Below are positions 27,517 through 38,199 of a stretch of DNA of 64,000 nucleotides, one piece after another (within the stretch, counting starts at the first letter, position 1; every line of letters begins with the position of its first letter). This DNA is from Syntrophales bacterium (lineage in GTDB: Bacteria; Desulfobacterota; Syntrophia; Syntrophales; PHBD01), in the NCBI GenBank assembly GCA_963668175.1, contig OY764159.1:1792001-1856000 (forward strand), in the 5' to 3' direction. The notes below the pieces were generated by a model. It had not been told where the DNA came from. It was given only the letters and a program-made list of their open reading frames with translations, and did not search any database. The translations under genes were made by a program, and so were the position numbers.

Positions 27517-29244
27517 ATGAACGACGAATCGGATACGTATAAATACGTTTTAGATAATTTATTTCTTGCCCTGCTGCTGTTCGACACAAGAGGTCAACTC
27601 ACCTATGCAAACGGGATGGCGCAATCTCTTCTCGACATCCCGGATGATTACAAGTCCCGGAATCTCCACTGTTCTGTATTCAGTGAAACATCGTGGTCCG
27701 ACATTCAGGAAGTTCTCGCCTCGGGAAAACCCCAGATCGGAAAGTATGTGAGCGTGAATAACACGACGATGCTTTGCAACCGCATTCCCCTGAAGCGGGA
27801 GGATGCGGTGACCGGCGTCATGAGCACGATCCAGTACATGACCGAGTATGAAAACGAGATAGAGAACCTGCAAAAGGACAAAGAACTCCTGAAGCGCGTT
27901 CAGGCGATCATCGAATCGTCTTACGACGGTATCTATGTGACCGATGGGCAGGCCAATACGATTATGATCAACTCGGCCTATGAGAGAATGTCGGGATACG
28001 GACGGGATGAGATCGTCGGGCGCAATATGCAGGACCTCGTCGACGAGGGTTTCTTCGACAAGAGCGTCACGCTGAGCGTCCTGCAGTCCGGGAAGCAGGA
28101 GACCATCCGGCAGAAGCTGCGCTCCGGAAAAGAGATATTGGCGACAGGCACGCCTATCTTCGACGACAACGGAAATATCATCATGGTCGTGACGAACGAC
28201 CGCGATATGAGCGATCTCATAAGCGTTCACGAGCAGCTGGAACACTCCCTGGAAATAGCCATGGCTTACAAGGAAGAGCTGCACCTCATGCAGCAATCCG
28301 ATCTGTTCGGAAAGGATTTCGTTGTCATGTCCAAGGCCATGCGCGGCGTGTGCGATATGGTGGAACGCGTCAGCAAGACAGACGCCACGGTCCTTTTTTA
28401 CGGAGAAACGGGCGTAGGCAAGGACCGGTTGGCCGAGGAGGTGCATAAACGCTCCCTGAGGCATAACAGAGGGCTGTTCGTGAAGATAAACTGCAGCGCG
28501 ATACCCGAAGCCCTGATCGAGAGCGAGCTTTTCGGTTATGAAAGGGGCGCCTTCACGGGGGCCAGGAAAGAAGGGAAGGTCGGATTGTTCGAACTGGCCG
28601 ACGACGGGACGCTTTTCCTCGATGAAGTGGAAACCATGCCCATGTCGCTCCAGCCGAAACTCCTGCGCGTGCTGCAAAATTTCGAGATCAGCCGTGTCGG
28701 AAGCACGGTGACCAAGAAAGTCGACGTGAGGCTCGTCTGTGCGACCAATATGGACTTGAAGGAGATGGTGGCGAAGAATCAATTCCGTGCCGACCTGTAT
28801 TACCGCCTGAATGTCATCCCCATATTCATTCCGCCGTTAAGGGAACGAAGAGAAGACATTCCTTATCTCATCACGTTTTTCGTCAATCAATTCAGCCAGA
28901 GATACAAAAGAAAGAAAAGCATCGGCAGCGAAGTCATGAACGTATTGACGTCCTATTCCTGGCCGGGCAATGTCCGGGAAGTCGCCAATATCATAGAAAA
29001 GCTGGTTGTAACGGTCGAAAACAGGCAAATCGGCATTCAGGATCTTCCCTTGGAGTTGCAGAATGCGGACTGGCAGGTTCAGATAAAGCCTGGATTGACT
29101 TTTAAGCAGCATATCCGGGACGAGGAAATAGCCATTCTGAAAAATTTCGTTAAGACTTACGGGAGCGCCCGCAAAGCGGCGGCCGCCATCGGTATCGATC
29201 ACTCCACCATTACCCGCAAGTTGAAAAAATACCGCCTGCAGTAG
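27517..29244 (+). CDS. Sigma54-dependent activator with two PAS domains
   Basis: PAS (SSYDGIYVTD), [36 protein letters not shown]-terminal HTH. Confidence 0.92.
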   Translation: MNDESDTYKYVLDNLFLALLLFDTRGQLTYANGMAQSLLDIPDDYKSRNLHCSVFSETSWSDIQEVLASGKPQIGKYVSVNNTTMLCNRIPLKREDAVTGVMSTIQYMTEYENEIENLQKDKELLKRVQAIIESSYDGIYVTDGQANTIMINSAYERMSGYGRDEIVGRNMQDLVDEGFFDKSVTLSVLQSGKQETIRQKLRSGKEILATGTPIFDDNGNIIMVVTNDRDMSDLISVHEQLEHSLEIAMAYKEELHLMQQSDLFGKDFVVMSKAMRGVCDMVERVSKTDATVLFYGETGVGKDRLAEEVHKRSLRHNRGLFVKINCSAIPEALIESELFGYERGAFTGARKEGKVGLFELADDGTLFLDEVETMPMSLQPKLLRVLQNFEISRVGSTVTKKVDVRLVCATNMDLKEMVAKNQFRADLYYRLNVIPIFIPPLRERREDIPYLITFFVNQFSQRYKRKKSIGSEVMNVLTSYSWPGNVREVANIIEKLVVTVENRQIGIQDLPLELQNADWQVQIKPGLTFKQHIRDEEIAILKNFVKTYGSARKAAAAIGIDHSTITRKLKKYRLQ

Positions 29245-29296
29245 CGACGCAGATGGCCGCGCCGCTACCGAAACGAAGGAGGTTTGGATATAGGAA

Positions 29297-30592
29297 TTAT
29301 TGATCGAAGTGCTTCTGGTATTCCCGCCATAGTCCGTCACGAAAATCGGGGTGGGCGATGGCGATGAGGGCTTTGGCCCTTTCCGAAACGGATTTGCCCC
29401 GCAGATTGGCGATGCCGTATTCGGTGACGATGATATGAACGTCGGAGCGGAGGGCGCAAACGCAGGCGCCTTCGTCGAGATGGGACACGATGCGCGATGT
29501 CTTGCCCCCCTGGGCGGTGGAATGAAAGGCCAGGATGGATCGCCCGCCTTTTGAATGCGTGGCGCCGCGGACAAAGTCGGCTTGACCCCCGATGCCGCTG
29601 TACTGCCTGTATCCTATCGTATCGGATGCAACCTGGCCGGCAAAATCAACCTGCAGAGCCGAATTGATGGAAACCATGTTATCGTTCTTTGCAATAATTT
29701 CGGGACTGTTTGTATAGTCGAAGGAATAGGCCTCAATAAAAGGATTGTTATGGACGAATTTATAAAGCCTCTCGGTTCCCATGAAGAACGAGGAAACCAT
29801 TTTCTTCCGATGATAATTCTTTCTGGTGCAGTTAATCACACCGCTTTCGACAAGGTCGATTACGCCGTCCGATAACATCTCCGTGTGGATTCCCAGGTCC
29901 TTCTTGTCTTTCAGAAATCCCAGGACGGAGTCGGGGACGGCGCCGATGCCCAGTTGAAGACAATCGCCGTCGTTGATCATCTCCGCGCAATAACCTCCGA
30001 TAGCCTCGTCGGCGGCGTCGATGGTCGGAGGTTTCAGTATCAGCGGCTTGGTTTCGCATTCCACGATATAATCGATTTCCGATACATGGATAAAGGAATC
30101 GCCCAGGGTCCGGGGCATGTGCGGCGTCACTTCAGCAATCACAAGCGCGGCGGATTCGGCGGCAGGTTTCGTGTAATCGACGGAGACCCCGAAAGAGCAA
30201 TAGCCGTGTTCGTCCGGCTCCGACAACATGCAGAGCATGACATCGACGGGCAGGATTCTGTCCGTGAAGAGTCTGGGAAGATCGCTGTTGTGGACGGCGG
30301 TGAAAAGGGCGCGTCCTTCTGCGATCGCCTGTCTCGATGTGGCGCCGGCAAAAAGAGAATTATGGGTGAAATAGGGCTTGCATTCCGGAAGGCAATACAG
30401 CGACCGGCCCATGGCGACCTGATGCGCAATCTCTACGTTTTGGTAGGCCTCCTTGTTGTCGACCATTGCTTTCAGTAACAATTCCGGCGTGCCTGTTGCG
30501 TGGCCCGCGACAACGCGATCCCCAGACTTTATATAGGTTACCGCTTCTTCGGCTGTTACCAGTTTCTGTTTGTACAGCTTTTCCCACCTCAT
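29297..30592 (-). CDS. Acetyl-CoA hydrolase/transferase family (4-hydroxybutyrate CoA-transferase-like)
   Basis: EPDEHGYCSFG.S.DY, LQLGIGAVP, LGIHTEM, SGIGGQ.DF.RGA, VTEYG.A.LRGK...ER..ALI.IAHPDFR. Confidence 0.9.
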   Translation of the reverse strand: MRWEKLYKQKLVTAEEAVTYIKSGDRVVAGHATGTPELLLKAMVDNKEAYQNVEIAHQVAMGRSLYCLPECKPYFTHNSLFAGATSRQAIAEGRALFTAVHNSDLPRLFTDRILPVDVMLCMLSEPDEHGYCSFGVSVDYTKPAAESAALVIAEVTPHMPRTLGDSFIHVSEIDYIVECETKPLILKPPTIDAADEAIGGYCAEMINDGDCLQLGIGAVPDSVLGFLKDKKDLGIHTEMLSDGVIDLVESGVINCTRKNYHRKKMVSSFFMGTERLYKFVHNNPFIEAYSFDYTNSPEIIAKNDNMVSINSALQVDFAGQVASDTIGYRQYSGIGGQADFVRGATHSKGGRSILAFHSTAQGGKTSRIVSHLDEGACVCALRSDVHIIVTEYGIANLRGKSVSERAKALIAIAHPDFRDGLWREYQKHFDQ

Positions 30593-30676
30593 ACTCAATC
30601 CTCCGTAAATCTATTCTTAATCAGCTGTGTGCGCCGTCACTATAGAGGTGCTTCTAATGGAACGCTGATGATGGTT

Positions 30677-30692
30677 AGCAGGAATAGTGCCA
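30677..30692 (-). promoter_or_regulatory. Sigma54 -24/-12 promoter
   Basis: Minus strand TGGCAC-TATTC-CTGCT upstream of the CoA-transferase gene. Confidence 0.7.
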
Positions 30693-31226
30693 GAAATAAA
30701 AGGCGGCGGCGCCGGGGGGGCTCTAGAGGGTTGCTATGACAACCGTAACCGATTTTTCGCTTTTAATTGATGCGGATGAAGATGTGCGGGCGGGGCGGTG
30801 ACTGGAATCGCCAACGCGGCCCGCAGAGGTATCGTCCGTCAGGAGCGGTGCAAAGGCGCACCGGGGAGACGGGCTGGAACAACGTATTTTTTTGTTATGA
30901 TGGATAAATTGCCCGTCGTTGACTCGCGGTGACGTTTTGCAACGCTTTTCTGTGGCATTCAGCCGTATCGCGGCTTCCGGAGGCGAATAGCAAGTAAAGT
31001 CTATAAACTGGCGAAAATAGTTCTTCACCGGCAATGGTGCCTAAATGCACCGGTATTCAATTCGGGCATGCGCCCGAAGGTTGTTCCGGTACTGACTTTT
31101 CGCGGGAAAAGCGATCCCAACGGGTGTGGAAACAATCCCGACGGGGGGAATGAAATTTCGTAATTATCCATTTGTTTCAGACTATACGGCGGTTTCCCCT
31201 GCATCGGTCCAGGCAGCCGGTCGGCG

Positions 31227-31242
31227 TGGCATTGATGTTGCA
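31227..31242 (+). promoter_or_regulatory. Sigma54 -24/-12 promoter
   Basis: TGGCAT-TGATG-TTGCA upstream of the ABC operon. Confidence 0.72.
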
Positions 31243-31363
31243 ACATATACGGCATACGCAAAATCGAATAAGAATCGGCTTTATAAGATGGCCTGATATC
31301 AGTAGGGCGAAAAGATCTTATAGGGTGAAAAGATCGTTCTAACCATATGAAGGAGGTTCTACT

Positions 31364-32584
31364 ATGAGGTTGCAACTGAAGTGGTTTTGGGTTCCTGTGA
31401 CGTTGGCTTTCCTGGGTTTGATGGTCTTGCCTGCCAATGCGGCTCCCCCCATCAAAATAGGTGTCGTCAGCCCCATGTCGGGAAACTACGGTGATCACGG
31501 CGCCCTGGAAAGAGCGGGTATGCAGATGGCTTTGGACGAGTACGGCGGAAAGATCCTCGGACGTACCATCCAACTAGTGACCGCGGACGATGAGACGAAC
31601 CCGGATGTCGCCGCGAGACGCGCAAGGAGACTCATCGAGGTTGACGGTGTGAAGTTCCTTCTCGGCGGCGTGAGCAGCTCCGTCGGAATCGCCGTCGGCG
31701 CCGTCGCAGAAGAGAAGAAGGTTCTATACATCAACACCAACGGAAATTCGGACCAGCTCAGCGGCGAATACGCCCGCCATCACGTATTCACCAGCGCCCC
31801 GAATATGGCCATTCTGGTGAGGGGCGGCGCTAAATATGTCGCCGAGAATCTCGGGAAGAAATGGTTTTTCATCACCCATGATTATTCCTGGGGCTGGTCG
31901 GGCACCAAGTGGGCGCGCGCATCCATGAAGGAGTTCGGCTGCAAGGAAGTGGGCGAGATCAAGGTTCCCATGGGAACGCGCGATTTCAGCTCTCAATTGC
32001 TCCAGGTCAGGAATTCCGGGGCCGATGTTCTTGTCATCACCTGCGCCGGTTTCGACAATGTCGCCTTAATGAAACAGCTTGCCGAATACAAGATCTACGA
32101 CAAGGTCAAGGTCTGGTACACGCTGATGGAATACGTCGATATGTGGCCGCTGGCGAAGGCCGAACGGCAGCCTTACGTGATGGCGGAAGTGTACTGGAAT
32201 GAAAACGCCCAGACGCGCGCCTGGACGGAGAAATTCAACAAGAAGTACCCCAAGGCCGCATGCCCCGTGCTGGATAACGGAAATTACAACGGCTGGCTGG
32301 CCATGAAGGCCCTCCTCGAAGGCATTAAAAAGGCGGGAACGGCCGACGACGTGGAAAAGGTCATCCGCGCCATGGAAGGCATGACGATCAAGGACAATCT
32401 CCGCGCAAACCCGACTTACATAAGACCCTGGGACCATTCGTTCCTGACCCAGGTTGTGCTGGGAAAGGCGAATCCCAACGCCAACGGTACGGATCTCTAT
32501 GAAATCAAGGCCATCACTCCGGCAGACAAGGTCGCCCGGACAAAGAGCGAAAATCCCGTCGATGTAAGCAGTAAGAAGAAGTAG
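31364..32584 (+). CDS. Branched-chain amino acid-type ABC substrate-binding protein
   Basis: Signal peptide, IKIG...PMSG, GKILGR, DYSWG, DFS..L, IRPWDH. Confidence 0.9.
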   Translation: MRLQLKWFWVPVTLAFLGLMVLPANAAPPIKIGVVSPMSGNYGDHGALERAGMQMALDEYGGKILGRTIQLVTADDETNPDVAARRARRLIEVDGVKFLLGGVSSSVGIAVGAVAEEKKVLYINTNGNSDQLSGEYARHHVFTSAPNMAILVRGGAKYVAENLGKKWFFITHDYSWGWSGTKWARASMKEFGCKEVGEIKVPMGTRDFSSQLLQVRNSGADVLVITCAGFDNVALMKQLAEYKIYDKVKVWYTLMEYVDMWPLAKAERQPYVMAEVYWNENAQTRAWTEKFNKKYPKAACPVLDNGNYNGWLAMKALLEGIKKAGTADDVEKVIRAMEGMTIKDNLRANPTYIRPWDHSFLTQVVLGKANPNANGTDLYEIKAITPADKVARTKSENPVDVSSKKK

Positions 32585-32667
32585 AATTCGAGATTTACAG
32601 GGAAGGGAGCTGTGATGCGCCGCTATTGCAGCTCCCTTCCTAACTCATCATCATCAGAGGTAAAATC

Positions 32668-33540
32668 ATGGATATCATGTTGCTTGTTTCACTCCTTCTC
32701 AACGGCATTTCTCTCGGCCTTGTTTATGCCGCCGTCGCCATGGGCTTCAGCCTGGTTCTCGGTATGTCGGGGGTCATCAACTTCTGTCACGGCGTCATGT
32801 TTGCTTTCGGCGCTTATTTCTTCTGGATTCTTAACGAATACATCGGATTCTGGCCGTCGGTCGTTGTGGTGCCCCTCTGCGTAGCCATTATCGGCTTTCT
32901 CATCGAGCGCCTTCTCATCCGGCGTGTTTACGGGCTCGATCCGCTCTTCGGCTTGTTGATCACCCTGGGTTTTTCCATAGCGCTGGAGGAGTTGATCCGG
33001 ATGATCTTCGGACCGGCGTCCCACAATGTGAGCGCACCCGCCTTCGCCGACGGCGCCGTCATCATCGGGGACTTCGTGTATTCCAAATATCGCCTGTTTA
33101 TCGGTGTGTTCGCCGCCATCATGCTCGGCGCCACCTGGTTCCTGATCAGCAAGACGAATTTCGGCGCCATCGTCAAGGCGGGCATGTTCGACAGCGAAAT
33201 GGTCGGCAGTCTGGGACACAACCTGCCGAAACTCAGAACGACGGTATTCATACTGGGCACGGCAATTGCCGGCTTCTCCGGAATCCTGGCGGCCCCCATC
33301 TGGAGCATCAAGTCCGGCATGGGTTCCGCGATCCTGATGCCGTCGTTTATGATCGTGCTCATGGGCGGTCTGGGCAGCATTCCCGGTACGGTGATCGGCG
33401 GCCTTCTTGTCGGAGTGATCACCGCCCTCGGCAGTCTGGTGTTTCCCCGTTTTGTCGATATTATTCCCTATGTGCTCCTGGTCATCGTTCTGTATTTCCG
33501 CCCCCGGGGATTTTTCGGCGAGCAGAATATCAACGATTGA
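32668..33540 (+). CDS. livH: Liv-type ABC permease (LivH-like)
   Basis: GFSLVLG..GVINF.HG, GGLGSIPG, RPRG.FG. Confidence 0.88.
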   Translation: MDIMLLVSLLLNGISLGLVYAAVAMGFSLVLGMSGVINFCHGVMFAFGAYFFWILNEYIGFWPSVVVVPLCVAIIGFLIERLLIRRVYGLDPLFGLLITLGFSIALEELIRMIFGPASHNVSAPAFADGAVIIGDFVYSKYRLFIGVFAAIMLGATWFLISKTNFGAIVKAGMFDSEMVGSLGHNLPKLRTTVFILGTAIAGFSGILAAPIWSIKSGMGSAILMPSFMIVLMGGLGSIPGTVIGGLLVGVITALGSLVFPRFVDIIPYVLLVIVLYFRPRGFFGEQNIND

Positions 33541-33615
33541 AGCCGGGGAGTCGGCAGGTATATCCGGATTTCGATACGGTCCGGGCTGTAATTTGAGTTG
33601 GGAGGAATCTGTAGC

Positions 33616-34545
33616 ATGAAAAAATTTCTGAAAGATCCATATCTCTGGATTTTCCTGATCTTCGCTTTCTATCCGATGCTGCCTTATATCGGTAATTTCA
33701 CGTCGCTGGGTACGGAACTTTTGCTTTGGTTCATCTTCACCCTGAGCTTCAACCTTTGCCTGGGGTATACGGGGTTGCCGTCGTTCGGCCATGGCGCCTT
33801 TTACGGTCTCGGATCTTACGGCGCCGCCCTGGTATTCCTTCGCGTCTTCGACAACAGCGGCTTCGTCGTTCCGTTGATTGCCGGCACGCTGATCGGCGGT
33901 ATTTTTGCCGCATGTCTCGGTTATGTCATCCGCAACAAGAAGGGCGTCTATTTTGCCCTGCTGACGGTCGTGTTTACCCAGGTGTTGTTCAGCATCTGCT
34001 GGCGGTGGGATGCCGTGACCGGCGGAGAATCGGGACTCATGGGAATCTCCCGTGCCGATTTTCTGGGGCTTGATCTGAAGGACCCGATCATTTTCTACTA
34101 TCTGGTACTGGCCGTCTTCGCCGTTTGTGCGATCGTTATCAGGATGATCGCCGATTCGTCTTTCGGGATGTCTTTGAAGGCCATCCGTCAGAATCCCGTA
34201 CGGGCCCAGTACCTCGGATACAATACGGGGAATTTTAAATTTGCCGTCTATGTTATTTCCGGACTTTTCGCCGGCCTGGCCGGCGGGCTTTACTGCTTCC
34301 TGACCGGCTCGGCGTTTGCCGACAGTCTCGACTGGGTTAAATCCGGGGACGTCGTCATCGCCACCCTGCTCGGCGGCGGCACGGTGAGTTTCTACGGTCC
34401 GATCGTCGGGACCATCATATTCCTGGTGGCCAAGGAGCTGATCAGCGCCTTTTGGGATCATTGGGCCCTTCTGTACGGCCTTTCCTTTGTCATCATCATT
34501 CTGGCCTTTCCCACAGGGCTTCTGGGCATGTTCAAGAAAAGCTGA
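33616..34545 (+). CDS. livM: Liv-type ABC permease (LivM-like)
   Basis: GYTGLPSFGHGAFYG, TGGESG, S.FG..L.AIR.N..RA..LG, P.GLLG. Confidence 0.88.
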   Translation: MKKFLKDPYLWIFLIFAFYPMLPYIGNFTSLGTELLLWFIFTLSFNLCLGYTGLPSFGHGAFYGLGSYGAALVFLRVFDNSGFVVPLIAGTLIGGIFAACLGYVIRNKKGVYFALLTVVFTQVLFSICWRWDAVTGGESGLMGISRADFLGLDLKDPIIFYYLVLAVFAVCAIVIRMIADSSFGMSLKAIRQNPVRAQYLGYNTGNFKFAVYVISGLFAGLAGGLYCFLTGSAFADSLDWVKSGDVVIATLLGGGTVSFYGPIVGTIIFLVAKELISAFWDHWALLYGLSFVIIILAFPTGLLGMFKKS

Positions 34546-34614
34546 TTCATCGTGATGAATATTCGGGCGTATGAAAAGAATACCTAATCTACAAAATTCT
34601 AGAGGATACATAAG

Positions 34615-35376
34615 ATGTCACTATTTTCCATCAAGGGATTAACAAAACGATTCGGCTCCGTCGTGGCGACAGACCATGTGGATCTGGAGATAGAAGAGGC
34701 GGGCCTCCTCTCCATTATCGGACCCAATGGCGCGGGGAAAACGACATTTTTCAATCTGCTCACCGGATTTCACAAGCCCGATGAGGGCAAGATTGTTTTT
34801 AAAGACAAAGACATCACGGGACTCGATCCAGACAAGATCATCAAACACGGCATATCGAGGTCTTTCCAGGTCGTCAGCCTGTTCAACGAGATGACGGTTC
34901 TGGATAACGTACGTATCGGCGTGCAGAGCAATTTGGGATTCAAGGGCAAGCTGTTCTCCAATTTCCAGAAGAACACCAAGGTTATCGACGCGTCTCTTGC
35001 CATCCTGGAAAGGGTGAAGCTGACGGGTATCAAGGACCATCTGGTGACGGCGATTTCGCATGGCGACCGCAAGATCCTGGATCTGGCCATGTCCCTGACG
35101 ACGCAACCCGATGTCCTGCTGCTGGACGAACCCATGAGCGGTTTGGCGAAAGGCGAGAGGATCAGGATCAAAGACCTGATTATCAACGATTTCAAGAAGA
35201 ACATGAAACTCATCATCGTCGAGCACGATATGGATGCGGTATTCACGCTTTCCGACAACATCCTCGTGCTCAATCAGGGAGCGGTTCTCGCGCTGGGCAC
35301 GCCGGATGAAATATCATGCAATGAAAGCGTACAGGACGCTTATCTAGGAGCCAGAAACAATGACTGCAATGCTTGA
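34615..35376 (+). CDS. livG: Liv-type ABC ATP-binding protein (LivG-like)
   Basis: GPNGAGKTT, LLDEP, VEHDM. Confidence 0.9.
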   Translation: MSLFSIKGLTKRFGSVVATDHVDLEIEEAGLLSIIGPNGAGKTTFFNLLTGFHKPDEGKIVFKDKDITGLDPDKIIKHGISRSFQVVSLFNEMTVLDNVRIGVQSNLGFKGKLFSNFQKNTKVIDASLAILERVKLTGIKDHLVTAISHGDRKILDLAMSLTTQPDVLLLDEPMSGLAKGERIRIKDLIINDFKKNMKLIIVEHDMDAVFTLSDNILVLNQGAVLALGTPDEISCNESVQDAYLGARNNDCNA

Positions 35377-36076
35377 ACTACGTGATGTCAACAGTTTTTA
35401 CAGTGACGCCCATATCCTATTCAACATCAATCTGAAGATAGAAGAAGGGCAGTTGGTCGGACTTTTCGGCCGGAACGGCGCCGGGAAAACCACGGTGCTC
35501 CGAAGCATCATGGGCTTGACGCCCCCGCGCTGCACGGGGGAGATCATCTATCAGAACGAAAGCATCAAGAACCTGCCCCCCTTCAAGATTGCGATCAAGG
35601 GCATCGGATTCGTGCCCGAGGATCGTAAGATATTTCCCAACCTGACGGTTAAGCAGAACCTGATCGTGGGAAGAAAAGAAAAACGCATCGAGAAAAAGTG
35701 GGACCTCGACGAGGTCTATGCCTTCTTCCCCAAACTGAAGATCCTGGAAAACAATCTCGGCTGCGAAATGAGCGGCGGCGAGCAACAGATGCTCACGGTC
35801 GCCAGGGCGATGATGGGCGATCCGGATCTGATGCTGCTCGATGAGCCGACGGAAGGTCTGGCGCCGATGATCGCCGACAATCTGATCGAGATGATTGTCA
35901 AGATTAAAAACGAATTCCCGATCAGTATGGTTGTGGTCGAGCAATTTTCGCCGAAGTTTTTGGATTACCTTGACGTCTGCTATGTGATGGAGATGGGACA
36001 GATCATTTTCGGCGGGGATCCTCAAGTGTTGAAGAAGGACGAGGCGCTCCAGAGACAGCTGCTCGGTGTGGGATAA
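35360..36076 (+). CDS. livF: Liv-type ABC ATP-binding protein (LivF-like)
   Basis: GRNGAGKTT, SGGEQQML, LDEPTEGLAP. Confidence 0.9.
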   Translation: MTAMLELRDVNSFYSDAHILFNINLKIEEGQLVGLFGRNGAGKTTVLRSIMGLTPPRCTGEIIYQNESIKNLPPFKIAIKGIGFVPEDRKIFPNLTVKQNLIVGRKEKRIEKKWDLDEVYAFFPKLKILENNLGCEMSGGEQQMLTVARAMMGDPDLMLLDEPTEGLAPMIADNLIEMIVKIKNEFPISMVVVEQFSPKFLDYLDVCYVMEMGQIIFGGDPQVLKKDEALQRQLLGVG

Positions 36077-36154
36077 CCGGTCGATAATATCCCGTTTCAC
36101 AATAACCGTAAATAAACGGCCGACCAATAAAATCGGTATGAGGAGGATTGTATC

Positions 36155-37294
36155 ATGTATCTTTTGCAGAGTGAAGAACAGCGGATGTTTGCGGATCAAC
36201 TGAGAAAAATGGTCGTCGATAAGGTCGCGCCCCGGGCGGCTGAAATAGATGAAAAAGAGGAATTCCCCTGGGATTTAAAGAAAATATTCCAGGACATGGG
36301 GCTCCTCGGTCTCTCCGTTCCCGAGAAATTCGGCGGAACGGACCAGGGACACATCTATACCTGCCTCGCCGTTGAAGAGATTGCCCGGGCATGCGTCAGT
36401 TCTTCCCTGATCGTACAAGGGCAGTCCCTGGGTTGGGAACCGATTCTCATCGGGGGAACGGAGGAACAGAAGAAGAAATACGGGCCCATGGTCTCGTCCG
36501 GAGAGGTCATCATCTCTTACGGATTGACGGAGCCCAGCGCCGGTTCCGATTCCGGGGCCATGAAGACCCGCGCCGTCAAGAAAGGCGACAAATACATCAT
36601 CAATGGAACAAAATGCTTTATTACGAATGGTCCCGTGGCCAATCTGATTACGGCCTTTGCCATGACGGACGCATCGAAAGGCGTCAAGGGGATAAGCGCG
36701 TTCGTGGTGCCGACCGATTCGCCGGGCTTTTCCGTTGCCAAGTGGGAGAAGAAGATGGGCATCAAAGGCTCGCCGACGGGGGAGCTGGTTTTTGAAGATG
36801 TCGAAATCCCGGAAGAAAACCTCATCGGTGCGGAAGGCAAAGGGTTCATTTACGCCATGAAGACGCTCGATACGTCGCGGCCCGTTATCGGCGCGCAAGC
36901 CTGCGGCGTGGCCCGCGGCGCGCTGGAACTGGCGATTAAGTACTCGCAGGAACGGGTGCAGTTCGGAAAGCCGATCGGCCATTTCCAGGGGATCGGCTGG
37001 ATGCTGGCGGATATGGCCGCCGAAATCGAAGCGGCAAGGAGTCTTGTATATCAGGCGGCCAGGCTGATCGACGAAGACAATCCCAACAAGAGTTATCTTT
37101 CCGCAGCATCCAAGCTTGTCGCGTCGAACACCGCGATGAAAGTGACGACCGAAGCCCTCCAGGTCGCCGGCGGTTACGGATACATGAAGGAATACCCCTT
37201 TGAGCGCATGATGCGCGACGCAAAAATCACCCAGATTTATGAGGGAACGAATCAAATCATGAAATTGATCATTTCCAGGGAACTGATGAAGTAG
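36155..37294 (+). CDS. Acyl-CoA dehydrogenase (short-chain type)
   Basis: [50 protein letters not shown]. Confidence 0.93.
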   Translation: MYLLQSEEQRMFADQLRKMVVDKVAPRAAEIDEKEEFPWDLKKIFQDMGLLGLSVPEKFGGTDQGHIYTCLAVEEIARACVSSSLIVQGQSLGWEPILIGGTEEQKKKYGPMVSSGEVIISYGLTEPSAGSDSGAMKTRAVKKGDKYIINGTKCFITNGPVANLITAFAMTDASKGVKGISAFVVPTDSPGFSVAKWEKKMGIKGSPTGELVFEDVEIPEENLIGAEGKGFIYAMKTLDTSRPVIGAQACGVARGALELAIKYSQERVQFGKPIGHFQGIGWMLADMAAEIEAARSLVYQAARLIDEDNPNKSYLSAASKLVASNTAMKVTTEALQVAGGYGYMKEYPFERMMRDAKITQIYEGTNQIMKLIISRELMK

Positions 37295-37392
37295 CGAAAA
37301 ATCGTTCATCGTCACATACCGACAAACGGCGGCTTCCGGGAGTATATGAGCCGCATAACGATCCCTGTTCAAAGGAAAGAAGATAGGATAAA

Positions 37393-38175
37393 ATGGAATA
37401 CAGAAATATCATCCTTCGGGTTGAAGCATCGGTTGCGGTCTTGACTTTCAACAGGCCCAATGCGTTGAATGCCATGAATGCGGAAACGTTGAATGAAATT
37501 CAGCATGCCCTATCGGTCTGTAAAAATAATGAAGCGGTCAAGGCCGTGGTTCTGACCGGTTCCGGCGAAAAGGCTTTTGTCGCCGGCGCCGATATCCGGG
37601 AAATGAAGGATATGTGCCCGGTGGATGCCCTGGCCCATATGGAGCTCGGCCACGAAATCATGCGTATGCTGGAAACCCTTCCCAAACCGACCATTGCAGC
37701 GGTCAACGGTTATGCTTTGGGGGGCGGGACGGAGATCGCCCTGTCCTGCGACATGAGATTCGCCGCCGAAAACGCCAGATTCGGCCAGCCGGAAATTCTC
37801 CTCGGCAGCATTCCCGGTTGGGGCGGAACCCAGCGCCTATCACGCATTATCGGGATGGGGCGCGCGAAAGAGCTCATTTACAGCGGCGAACAGATTGATG
37901 CGAAACGGGCGTTCGAGATCGGTTTGGTGAACCGGGTTTATCCTGCGGTCCAGCTGCTCCCGGAGACCGTTAAATTCGCCGCCAAACTTGCGGGCATGCC
38001 GGCTTTTGCCTTGAAAATGGCCAAGCACTCCATAAACTTCGGCTATGACATGTCTTTGGACAATGCAACAAGACTGGAAGCGGAGTGTTGCGCCCAGTGT
38101 TTCAGTACGGGCGACCAGAAAGAGGGAATGGGCGCCTTCATAGAGAAACGGAAGCCGAGTTTTACCGGCCGTTAA
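37393..38175 (+). CDS. Enoyl-CoA hydratase (crotonase)
   Basis: NRP.ALNA, AFVAGADI, AVNGYALGGG.E, QPE..LG.IPG.GGTQRL. Confidence 0.92.
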   Translation: MEYRNIILRVEASVAVLTFNRPNALNAMNAETLNEIQHALSVCKNNEAVKAVVLTGSGEKAFVAGADIREMKDMCPVDALAHMELGHEIMRMLETLPKPTIAAVNGYALGGGTEIALSCDMRFAAENARFGQPEILLGSIPGWGGTQRLSRIIGMGRAKELIYSGEQIDAKRAFEIGLVNRVYPAVQLLPETVKFAAKLAGMPAFALKMAKHSINFGYDMSLDNATRLEAECCAQCFSTGDQKEGMGAFIEKRKPSFTGR

Positions 38176-38199
38176 TATAATGCGGAGGATGAATATAAA

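Noticed and set aside
32689..34611. Long antisense ORFs (also 7257-8759, 13113-14489, 37840-39306, 39528-41096, 53712-55484 and others)
   Set aside because: They shadow well-supported genes on the opposite strand, as expected with high GC3, and show no family motifs.
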